From Phoronis australis (taxonomy: Eukaryota > Animalia > Phoronida), in NCBI GenBank assembly GCA_002633005.1, contig NMRA01000410.1, positions 151,977-215,976 of the forward strand: a stretch of 64,000 nucleotides of DNA, in the 5' to 3' direction. The position numbers and the translations under genes were made by a program. Under the pieces are notes generated by a model. That model was not told the origin of the DNA. It made no database searches and saw only the letters and a program-made list of their open reading frames with translations. Below, in pieces: positions 1 to 10,667 of the stretch (the stretch's first letter is position 1; every line of letters starts with the position of its first letter).

Positions 1-477
1 GTGAGCGCACATTCTAAACCATGTTCCTTGAAACTTGTTGGAATGATAAGAATATTTTGAAACCTTCCATTGTGCACGGCCTATCACCGTCAACTGTGAA
101 TGCAACTCGCCTATAATGAGAAAACAGAAGATATGTGTTGTTGTTTTTGAGTTTCATCTCATATCTGAGCTTGGCACATGAAGTTTCCATATGCAGTGCT
201 AGAATACTGGGTATTGTTGATACTTGGCAACATTCGTGTGTTTACCTATGTTTTGTTTAAACATATGATTGATTGGTGATGTGAAATTAGAGGAGCTGGA
301 CTCGCTTGCGTCGTCAGGATATGGGAGATGGTGTTCATCATAACTTGAAAATTATATTGTTTTATAACTTATGTTCAAAAATTGTTTTCAAATTGTTCTT
401 TGTGCGTGCTATTATGCTGCACAACAGACTTGTGTCACGTTTTTTTTTTTAATTTCCACACCTCTTTTATATTCCAG

Positions 478-546
478 GTATGATATTTACTTACCTATGC
501 ACAATCTTTGGAAAGATTACATGAGGAGTATTGTAAATTTTAAAAA
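478..546 (+). CDS. POP4: RNase P/MRP subunit p29 (POP4), internal exon; gene 5' end lies upstream of the window
   Basis: Acceptor ttccag|G and donor AA|gtaagt. Translates YDIYLPMHNLWKDYMRSIVNFK, resembling the POP4 'LPLHELWKQYI' segment. Confidence 0.88.
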
Positions 547-835
547 GTAAGTGTCATCTCAGCTGTTGATTTCTGGTGTAAATGTGGTTGTTAAATGCAA
601 TTATGCACATACAGTCAAAGTTAAGCTACCATGTACCCTTAGTGTGTAGCATATCGGTGAATGATTGTAATTCTTGAATTTGGAACATACAATATTGCCT
701 CTTTCTAAAATTCGGTACAAGCTCCAGCCTTAAGCAAAATGATTTATTTTTACCATCTCAAACTGGAGAATTCTTACACTAGTTTTCTAGTCAAGAAACT
801 GTACAGTTGCCAAAGGTAATTTCTTCTTCTTATAG

Positions 836-1011
836 TTTGGCTGGGAACAACTTGAAATCTTGTTATCCACATCTCCTGAAAGCGGATTACCATGGCTGTT
901 TGATCAAAGTGCTGAAGTCAAAGTGTCCATCGTATGTGGATGCCAGTGGCATCGTCATTCAGGAAACCAAAAACATGTTTAGAGTCATCACACGAGATAA
1001 TAAATTAAAAT
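836..1011 (+). CDS. POP4: POP4 internal exon
   Basis: Acceptor tcttatag|T and donor T|gtaagt. Encodes LLKADYHGCLIKVLKSKCPSYVDASGIVIQETKNMFRVITRDNKLK, matching the POP4/Rpp29 core (KADLHG...GIxxQETKxxF). Confidence 0.93.
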
Positions 1012-1604
1012 GTAAGTATGACCAATGACCACCAGGTGGTGATGTTTTGATTCGTCGTTTGAACACTGCTTAATTGATTATCTTGACAGCTTGTAATAAA
1101 AATTACAAATTTTTAAAGGCGCTGCATTTTCATAGTTTGCTAAATATGGTAGTGACTTTGGGTTTGTAAAGTAATACCCATATTTAAGTACAGTAAATCT
1201 CGCCAATTTAGGACAAAAATTTAATGTGAATGCTCACATTTTTTACAAATATTTGCATTGGTACCTATGGTACAGAACTTGAAAGTGGTATAAAGAATTA
1301 ATTTGCTACATATCCTTTATTAAAAAATGAGAAAACAAATTTTTTTTTTGTGAGATTCTGTTGTATTTGTTTTATTTCTATGGTATATCATAATCCTTAG
1401 AACTGCTGTGTTACAAAAATGTACCCTGTTTATAACATTAGCAGTCATACTACTTACAAACTTGCATTGTACTGTTGTTACTTAATAAACACAAGTCTTA
1501 CCCGGTTACAACCAACTGTCATTATAATGTACAGATTTCAAAGGTCCCTTGGTGTACAGGGTAGCAAAGATTGACTTATTGTTAAGTGTTCTTTTTACTT
1601 TCAG

Positions 1605-1744
1605 CTTTTCCAAAAGCCAACAGTGTGTTTACCTTTGATCTTGACGGCTACAGATTCACCATATACGGTAACCAGTTCAGGTATAAGTCTGGAGAAAGGG
1701 TTAGCAAACAGTTTAAAGCTAGGAATGTAACTCTGGACTTGTGA
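1605..1744 (+). CDS. POP4: POP4 terminal coding exon
   Basis: Acceptor ctttcag|CT. Encodes FPKANSVFTFDLDGYRFTIYGNQFRYKSGERVSKQFKARNVTLDL*, a POP4-type C-terminus. The three exons (69+176+140 nt) join in phase. Confidence 0.92.
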
Positions 1745-2021
1745 CTAGATGTACATGCTGGCTAAGTTTACTGGAAAAATGCAGTGCGACTGTCGTCACA
1801 GTTGGTAACTGGCATCAAGTGATGTACGATTTCAGCCAAGAATGTAGCAGCATTTGCGAGATGCGATTGTGTTTTGAGAAACACAATGGTGCTGTCATGG
1901 CCGTTTTAGGAGCTTGTGCACATGGGTATTCGAGAGCTGGAAGTTGATGCAGACTATGGTGGTTCATTGGGTGTGTTGTGTGGTGACCTGGGATTGGGGA
2001 GATCGTGCAAGTTAAAGACAT

Positions 2022-2095
2022 TTATTTATTTATTGTGATATTTAAAATGAGGGTGACCTCTTCAGAGATAGCACTGCTTTCCAAGAAGGCCCTCA
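2022..2095 (-). mobile_element. Probable 3' terminus of a LINE/SINE (stem-loop plus (AATA)n tail)
   Basis: (TTTA)n followed by tgagggtgacc...cactgctttcca...ggccctca, with self-complementary ends. A similar copy lies at 19834-19925. Confidence 0.5.
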
Positions 2096-4151
2096 AACAA
2101 GTGTTTCGCAGGAAAGTTGACTGGCAAAATGACCACAAGTGAAGTGATTGGTTTGGGAGGCTGGAATGTTGAATTATGGCAAGGTCACGCTAAACCATGC
2201 AAAAATCATGCAAGTGCTTTGCAAGTTAGCTCAATAGCTTACTAGTGTAAACTAGTGAAATGGCCACCACTGAGGTGATTGGTCAATGATTCTGGAATGT
2301 TAAATTTTGAGAGAAAATTCATGATTCTTGTTCCATAAGCTAGGATTTCTAGCCACAGTTGTCTCGGTAATGTCTTGTGTAGCGGCATGCACCACAACGA
2401 ACTATTGAATAGTTTACGATGATATTAACTCTCGTTTTTTTTAGTTAGAAAATGTATAGTTACATAATAGAAAAAAAATCAAAATTTGTTCCTTTCTTAG
2501 ATTAGAAGTAATTTTAGTTTTGCAAAGAACTGACTGGTGGTTATTATTAGAGACCATATTATGTAAATAAAATGACACACAGTGAGAAATCAACTTGAAG
2601 AGCCTGGTCTCGAGCAACAAACTGTTCTTTTCAAATCCACAAATCGCATCTTTTTTGCCTATAGAACAATATCATAGTGGTAATTGGTCTAAATTAAAAG
2701 TTGTTTTTGTAACGCAAGACAGGTTTATAGTCCAAGTGGTTTGTGAAGTGTTAAGTGTAGTGCATGAAAATCTAACTATTGAAGTAGAAAAAATAGAAAT
2801 TTTGAGTTCCAGACACACAAGATTTGCTTAGAACGCTATTATTCAGTATTTCAACATTGACTATGGATAAGAATGCAAAAATGTCGTTAAGGAATTGTAT
2901 ACATATGTGAATGTAATCACAGCCTTTGAGTTGAGAAAAGGCAAATTTGTAGCACAACTTTTGTTCAGTAAGTGTTTAACTAATCAAATTGAGCGAAAAG
3001 CTTAGTGTTACCACATGTCTAGGCTAGAGTTGGCACCAACCATTTGATTCATCGTCAAAGCCATAAAATTTGTATCATGTCACTACAGATGTTTTTTTAA
3101 TATTCTGGACAATGCATTGGGTTGTTGTTATTGTTCATGGTCCTGTTCTATCAAAGGATGCAAGTCTGGTCGTAGTCAACAGTTCATAAACATGGCTCGG
3201 CAAGGCAGTTGTGAAGTCTGAATATGAAAATTATCAATTTAATATCAGTTGCAGATTTCCATCAATTTTATAAAAAAACAAGCATGTTTGTTACAATGTG
3301 CCTATGACCATCTTAGTCATGTTTAATAAAACGGAGATCGGAACTGTAAACCTGACATGTGTTATTACCAGCCAACATTTTGTAACCTTAAATTCTCAGC
3401 AGCTTAATGTGTATATTACTTATTATATTGCTTAAATAAATAATAGTAAACCACTGTTCTCTATAATGTGTACCTTAAGTCATGTCCAAACTACAAGTTA
3501 CCCCAGAACAATATGACCAAGTTTTAAGATTAAAAGAATGAAATTTTAATGGGAAACAGATTGTCATTATGACAAGGCAAACATTGTAGCAATGGTGCAC
3601 GATGTGAAGCATTTTGGCACTACAGCATATGACCACAAAATCAGTAAAACACAAAGCAATTACAGCATAATAGTATGGTAATGACCCATGATTTATCACT
3701 CCATCTGCTCTCATAATAAATTCTACCAGCAGCTAGTTGCTTCGATACAGTTTTGCTTGCACTTGGTCCTCAAGGCAGAAAATCCAGGTTATTTTGTCAA
3801 TTATTTTTGACTTTAACTGCACCTGGTATAAAATCACACAGTCACACCATTGTTTTACGTTGGGTATCGATACAAGACTACCACTTTCACACTATCAGTC
3901 GGTTCATTTTATTTCACCCCAAAACCAGTGTTAGTTTTTCAGCAAACATATATTTCCAACACTGATAGCTCCATTCAGATGTGGACTGAAGTTTTTCCAT
4001 ACTTCAAACTGATTTGCGATAACACTGATATACGTTTCCTAAAAGTAATTTGCAATCGGGAGCATTTCAAATTGACCTTAAAGATCGATAACCCTTCGCC
4101 TCTACACCCACCAATGAAGGAATCGTGCCAACACATCGCCAAAGAGCGTCA

Positions 4152-4461
4152 TCATGTCTGTCGCTGCAGTTTCATGTGTCTAAAAGTCATGTTGATGCGA
4201 GGACCAAGAGCCTTCTTTCTCACTGGCAGAGAGTGGTACCAGTACGTATTTGTTGGATAGTTCATCATAAGCAGACTACCATGTCCGAGTTCCAGTTTTA
4301 CGGGATCAATCTTCCTCTTGGCGCTGCTGCCTCTTGAGTTGGCGTGACGGAACACAAAGTCCCTGTGCTGGCCCAGGGACAGCGATGCTATGGGGCTCTT
4401 CTGCACAAGCTCTTTCTCGTCATCCCGGTGCTCACCCATATGGTCGTTGCCATCCTTATAT
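4152..4461 (-). CDS. ALKBH2: ALKBH2 DNA oxidative demethylase, exon 3 (terminal)
   Basis: Acceptor ttttgaag|A. Encodes YKDGNDHMGEHRDDEKEL...ASLSLG...WYHSLPVRKK...RINMTFR, with the HxD...H iron ligands and the RxxxTFR 2-oxoglutarate motif of AlkB dioxygenases. Confidence 0.95.
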
Positions 4462-5343
4462 CTTCAAAACAGTAAAATATATATAATGCAAAAAAACACC
4501 TGCGGGAAAAACTGTAAAAGTGTGACACTGAAAATTGCCATCTTGTGGCATAAACTCGCATGAGGTCTAAAGCCTGCAAGAGCAAAATCTCAGGTAGACA
4601 CACGCTGTGCAGTAACAGGTTAGTACCATGACGACGGCAACAGAAGTGGGACAACAATCTTTCCGTCTTGCAAAAAGGTCTATTACTGGATAGTAATGCA
4701 ATACAACAACAATTGAACAGTCAACTACTTTGTTAATTATGCGCTTGTATTTGCTACTTTCCGAAATTGTAGTTGGACCAGAGGCCTAAGTACTGAAATA
4801 AATTGATAATAGTGAAACTTACATAGGAGTCAGATGCAAATTATTTGGGTCTTTGCTAAACTAAGACAAAAGAATATATTGTGATCAGCTGACTTCATAG
4901 GTCAGCTGCTTACCATTTGTGCATATGATTGGCTGAGCACTGCAAACACTGGGAAAAGTACAGACGCTCTATCAGAGGCTGCCAGCCATGCACACAATAC
5001 TCAGGCGGCCACATGAATTCTCCTACTGAGAGTAATTTCTCATTTAATATAATTATGATTCTGAATTAAAGCCACTATACACCGAAATGTATCCCTGATA
5101 ATAAATATCTGAAAAAATTGTTCCAGTGTTACAAACGCCATCAACTGTCTTCACAGGCGTATTAATTGCTCTTCCAAAGCAATGTTTCGGTGATTGTATC
5201 CTCAATTTGAATTGAAATTACCTGTTGGCAAGTGTCCGAAATTGAAGCAATATCCATTGATATCCTGAATTCTCAGCCAGATTTCGTATTTTATGATTCT
5301 GAATTAGTGTATTGCTTGACAAAACTACAAAAAGTTGGTTTAC

Positions 5344-5486
5344 CTGTTGATTAGTACAAAATTAAAGCAGTGTCCAGTGACTTCCTGAATTCGCTCCCTG
5401 ATTTCCTCCAGAACAGGAATCCATGGTTTTGCAGGAACAGTTATGCCTGAAAATGTATAGGTGATTCCTGGGTCACCATAGGACAC
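5344..5486 (-). CDS. ALKBH2: ALKBH2 exon 2
   Basis: Acceptor ctcttgcag|G and donor AG|gtaaac. Encodes VSYGDPGITYTFSGITVPAKPWIPVLEEIRERIQEVTGHCFNFVLINR. Absent from the ORF track. Confidence 0.93.
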
Positions 5487-6650
5487 CTGCAAGAGAAAGC
5501 CTTTCTTAAATTGACGATATTGAAGAAGTATCAGTACTTTATGCTTTTCATGTCAAATCTCTTTTAAGGCAACCTGAAAAGTATGACTTGCACTTAAAAG
5601 CATAGAAACCCGAGGCCCGTTTCATGGCAATTCCTGCTGCCCTTAGCTGGCCTGTTTAATTACCATGGAACCTGATTTAAAGATCCTATAGTGTGGAGTG
5701 CAGCAATTACCGCATTAGCGATGGCTTCATGCCAATAAAACAACTGGCTAAAGTAATTGATATATCGCGGACTAAAACTCATGATTTTTAACTGCTAAAT
5801 GGCTTCTAAAATTGAATTCCTCGAAAAAATTCACGATGGGATCATGTGAGATGTTATACAAGATTACTCAGAGCATATATTCTACACCACATGTGCATGA
5901 ACTTCACAAGGAAAGATCAGAAATAAGATTTAAAAAATCTTAAATTTAAAGCTGATTTAACGGTATGTAATCACTACTGTAATTTAGATTTAGCTCTATC
6001 TTTGCCGATCAAAATAAGCTCTAGGGTAAAAGGTGACCAGGATGTCAATGTTTTTCCACACCATGTTTGACAGGGTGCATCTGGAAAATTAAATTGTAGT
6101 CATTGAAGTGTTTAAGACCTAAAGAAAACTGTAGGAAATGGCAATTTTTTCATAAAAATACCCAACAATTTTTTTCTTTTTTAATCATGGAATCTAAAAG
6201 ACAGTATCTAATGCCTTATTTGACTAAACTCATTTGGAGAGTGCAGGCGTGCGCTAGGACCTACGCTAGGACCTAGTTAGAATCTAGCCAGAATAATGTG
6301 TTCTCATTTAAAATACACGGCCTGTCTCGCATAATCTCACGAAGTCTTGCTTTTTAGCGAGGCCTAGCGTTAATGAACGGGAGACAAGACTCTAGGAGGA
6401 TTCCATAAATAGGTGACATTTTTGTTTCCAAAACCATTACCAATTTGTCTGCATCCATTTCATTGACCTAATATTTTAAGCATAGATTATATTAAAAACA
6501 AATAGACTTTTACAATTGAAATAAGAGAACTTGTAATTTTTGAGAAACATCTCCCTTCTGTTCTTTTTAACAGCATATTCATATACCTCAATTCTCGGAG
6601 TAGACACAATAGGCCTAAAGCTCTATGGGATCATTACGGCATTTTCCCAT

Positions 6651-6845
6651 TGCTCCCAACTTGTTAGATTCTATAGCCCAACATGTTGGGAAGTTTACTC
6701 CTGTAGCCAATATCTTACACGGCTGATTAACTCCATTCTGGCGTTTATGGTTGGAGGGCCAGCTCTTTTGTTCGATAATTGTCCTATATCCAATAATATC
6801 CTATCTAACCTGACTGGGTTGCGCTGTTAAAAAGTTCTGTTATAA
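6651..6845. repeat. Dispersed repeat family A, copy 1 (ALKBH2 intron 1)
   Basis: tgctcccaacttgtt...ctccattctggcgtt...ggttggagggcc...cctgactgg aligns by eye with 41390-41554. A second block at ~7127-7165 matches ~41593-41630. Confidence 0.8.
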
Positions 6846-7359
6846 CATATTTAAACATAAACCATGCAATAGCATTTCTGAAATCTTCGTCAAATGGTAA
6901 TCAAAATAGTTTTTGAATCGCCAAAATCGCCCAACTGCAACCGAAGTTACGACAATCTATATTTTTTTCCAAACGTACCAATTCACTCTGAATTTGACTG
7001 AGTTCACATGTGGTCTGTAATAACTTGAAGCCTGGTAGATAATTGGCCTGCTTGTTGTCGTAGGCAGACAAGAAAGTGTGCTTGGCAGTTAACAAAGAAG
7101 CTAGATGTTATCACATGCTCAAAATCCCTACGTCTGGTAAAGTCACTGAACGGGAAAACGCTGTCATGTTACCCCCACCCCACGTTTCTATCAGGCTGGC
7201 TCTCTAGTAAAAGGGCGAGTCTCCTAATCAGTAATTAAATATTAAGTATAATCTTATAATATTGGTTCCTAGATATAATCGAGTGCCTGTCCCCCCCATG
7301 GAAACAAGCATAAAAAGATTTGTAACATTGAGAAGCATATGCCTATGGTCGTATGGAAC

Positions 7360-7743
7360 CTGTTTGCGGGGAATGTTGTGCCATTTCCCATACACTTGCA
7401 CTTTTGCCAATTGTCCATCGAAAAATTGAAGCTCTTTCTCACAGCGCTGAAACAAGCAGTCGGCTTCTTTTCTACGATAAAGAATACAGTAATCACAGCT
7501 TAAATTTTCTTTTCTAATTGTTGTCCACTGGAGCTGGTTTGCTCGAGCCTGATCAAGCTTGCGAGGTAAGTGAGCGTCAACACCTGTGGAGGGTGTGGAG
7601 TCGGACTTGGAACATAAAACAACTCCTTCTAAATCTAAAACTCGTTGCTTTGTGTTAGGTTCTTGCGAATGTTGTCTCTCATCACGGGTGAGTTTTTGGC
7701 CACTGTCAAGTTTTCTCTTGTGGCGCACAACAAAACGATCCAT
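7360..7743 (-). CDS. ALKBH2: ALKBH2 exon 1
   Basis: Begins MDRFVVR, an APIM PCNA-interaction motif as in human MDRFLVK. Ends KVQVYGKWHNIPRKQ at donor CAG|gttcca. Exons of 384+143+310 nt give 278 aa plus stop. Confidence 0.9.
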
Positions 7744-8113
7744 ATTATATGAAAAAAATCAAGTGCACAAGTGCATGTTCAATATATGTGCCTAATCGAC
7801 CTGACACCTATTGGTCAATATTTTTCCGCGAGATGACTAAAGCGACGTCTTTCGTGAAAATGAACGCACCGAACAAAGTCAAAGGTCACTGATAGCAAAA
7901 TGAGTTGAGTCTTTTCGAATCTAGAAAATGCAGGTAGGGAATGCGGTCACACCACTGGTGTTGTGTTTAAACACTGACAGAGCACTTTTCACATCAACAA
8001 TAACTCCTTAAAACGTGGTAAATGATTGTGTAGAAAAATACACATGCCGGTGCGGATGTCGAGCGTCAAAACCATTCGGCATGCTGTGTCCACATTATTA
8101 GGCAACAAAAGGC

Positions 8114-8169
8114 GTAAGCGTAGCCCCTCGGTTGGCTGTAAGCCTAGCCCCTCGGTTGGCTGTATGCCT
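8114..8169. repeat. 24-bp tandem duplication upstream of ALKBH2
   Basis: gtaagc(g/c)tagcccctcggttggct twice, plus a partial third unit. Confidence 0.8.
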
Positions 8170-8591
8170 GCGGAATGCTCTGGGTGAACTTGGAATCTCA
8201 AGATCGCGTATGCGTGAGCTTGGAATACACCATGAAATTTGCCAAGTGACTCAAACAATCACATTCACGTTAATAAAAATTTGCACTACAGGAAAGCAAA
8301 ATACAGTTTACATGTTAAGAAAACTAAATTTCCCAAGCTCTTTTCACTTACTTCAGTGACCCAATCAAAAATTTTTTAACCATTTACATATTCCTCTGAT
8401 TCTGTGACACAAGTTCCAGAAAAGGAGAAAATTACAAAAAATCTTTAAAGTGAACAGAAAGTTTGCCTGGTTATTCAATTCTATTAAGTTCACGTATGTA
8501 CGAATGTGAGATTAAGCAGGATTCTAAGCTCACGCACAGCACGACCACCTGTTCAGAGAATGTGAGATAGGAAGCAAGGAATTTTAGGTAC

Positions 8592-9279
8592 TAGTGGGAT
8601 ATAATGGACCCTAACTTATTCCAAATAAATCCACTAAATGTAGGTCTAAATGAATGATTTTGGTATCGTTGCATTCCTCAGACATCTGGCAATCCGTACA
8701 AATCCTTTTCATGATCTCAATTACTCTAGTCTATAACTACGCCATTCCGAATTCGGTCCACTTTAGCCACGCGCATCGTGAAATCGGCAGCCACTTCAGG
8801 GAACTTACTATATCTATCGTCATCTATCGGCGATTTGCTACAACACGCGCTGTTCCTTTTTCATCAGTCAACATGGACAACGATAACATGACAATGACAG
8901 ATACAATCGTGAGAGAGATAATGAAGGTGATGACGAGAGCAGACGTAACGATAATTAATAACGATGACGTTAATAATTGACGAAATCGCCCAATGACGTT
9001 GACTGATGAAAAAGGAACAGCACGTGTTGTAGCAAATCACCGATAGATGGCGCTAGATGCAGTAAGTTCCCTGAAATGGCTGCCGATTTCACGATGCGCG
9101 TGGCTAAAATGAACCAAGTTCGGAATAGCGCAGTTATAGACTAGAGTAATTGAGGGTCGTGAAAAGGATTTGTACAGATAGCCAGATGTCTAAGGAATGC
9201 AACGATACCAAAATCATTCATTTAGACCTACATTTAGTGGATTTATTTGGAATAAGTTAGGGTCCATTATATCCGACTA
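8592..9279. mobile_element. Non-autonomous foldback DNA transposon (MITE-like, possibly Academ-type)
   Basis: Inverted arms of about 280-290 bp (8592 to ~8882 versus ~8998-9279) around a non-repeated spacer. Termini are TAG...CTA, and the flanks gtac/gtgc resemble a 4-bp target-site duplication with one mismatch. Confidence 0.8.
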
Positions 9280-10007
9280 GTGCCGGATTTTGGCTAGGTC
9301 GCAAAATGCGACCTGGCGATTTTATTAGCGTCGAGCACTGATAACAATGTGACTTTGATGGTTTAGTCGATGCGAGGCATAATTCGCCGAAAAGCTTTCG
9401 GCGTACAGATCGCCTATAGGAGCTGCATCGCCTCTGGTTCGGCCAACAGAGGCGATGGTCATTGCCTAGTCACAACTCACAACTAGTCAGAGAGCTGTCA
9501 CATTGTCCTGAACACTTCTTTATCTGACTCAGCTGCCAGCAAGACTGTACGTATTTCTAGACTTGGGCGCATTTTTCTCGAGCTTCAAGATAGTTTCAAA
9601 TTTCTCGTGTCATTTTCAAATACTTACATGTGTGTTATGTGACGTTGCTTTACAATATTGCTAAACAGCTCATCAACTCTTCGAATATGGCGGTCAACGT
9701 TTTGATGTCGCCGACGTCATTGCACAGGTCTCTGAAATTGATAATTAGTGCTATTAACACGGTTAGTAAACCAACAATATTCTCTATAAAAGAGAGGTAG
9801 ACGTATTAAAAATAAAAAAAGTAAAGAATCTCATAATTTGTGATTAAACATCGTTTTGATATTACATTTATTGTTTTAATAAAATACTAGTACGCCCTTA
9901 CCAAATCACAACAAAGTAAAGAGGTCAGGGGGAGTTCTCGTCACAGGTTTTGTCTTGGGTCAACTCCACGCTTCTGCTATTTCTGAATTGGAATTGTTGT
10001 TTTCCAG

Positions 10008-10124
10008 GTGTTTTGGTGAGATGTTTGCCCCTTTAGGTATGGATGTATTACAATCGTCACAGATATTTTGTGTTGAGTTGGTAACTAAATTGTTTTAACC
10101 TTTTTGGTCGATTTGAAGACGAAG
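10008..10124 (+). other. Possible non-coding 5' exon of a + strand transcript (perhaps the CUB/sushi gene)
   Basis: Acceptor ttgtttttccag|G and donor AAG|gtaggc. Lies downstream of a CpG-richer stretch with aatATGGCGG (YY1-like) and GACGTCA (CRE-like) motifs near 9685-9720. Confidence 0.3.
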
Positions 10125-10596
10125 GTAGGCCTACTGATTAGTGATACTAACTGATCGTATGACAGATAGGTCTCGATGTGTGTGGAAGTTTGACTCTCGT
10201 CATTCCCAATTCGTCAATTCTCATCTGTAGGCCCAGTAATAAGTTATATGCATGTGGTTAGCAGGTTAGCCGTGACCATCCGGTCATAGGTAAAATACTA
10301 GCGGAATACTATCGACTAAAATGGGCCGAGTATATCAATTCATTTTTTTCCACTTTTACTGGCCCGTAGCCGGGCGTAGGCCTAATGACTGTTACACCTG
10401 TTGCCAGGTTGCACTCGTCCCTTTTTTCCTCCTCAAAGAGACTAAGATAAGTTTGTTTTCAATGATAGGGAATCGTCCACATATTTTACTGAGATAGTTG
10501 TTGCACTCTCTGTAGTATAGTTAAAGAAATTTCATGCCATGAATAACACGCTTAGGGCCTACACGAAAGTCACGCATTTCTAAAGATATGCGTGAC

Positions 10597-10667
10597 TTTT
10601 CACTGCTCGTCCTTCGGAGTGGCTGCGAGCAACACCCAATTAAGTGTAATTACCCGACCATAAACTG
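10597..10667. repeat. Dispersed repeat family B, copy 1 (first block)
   Basis: ttttcactgctcgtccttc...ccaattaagtgtaattacccgaccataaactg matches ~43900-44028. A second block at ~11712-11875 matches ~44120-44292 in the same order. Confidence 0.7.

Noticed and set aside
3850-4337. + strand ORFs of 136 and 70 aa
   Set aside because: Antisense to the ALKBH2 last exon and 3' UTR; no motifs.
8654-8980. 108-aa ORF
   Set aside because: Lies within the arm and spacer of the foldback element and has no recognisable motifs.
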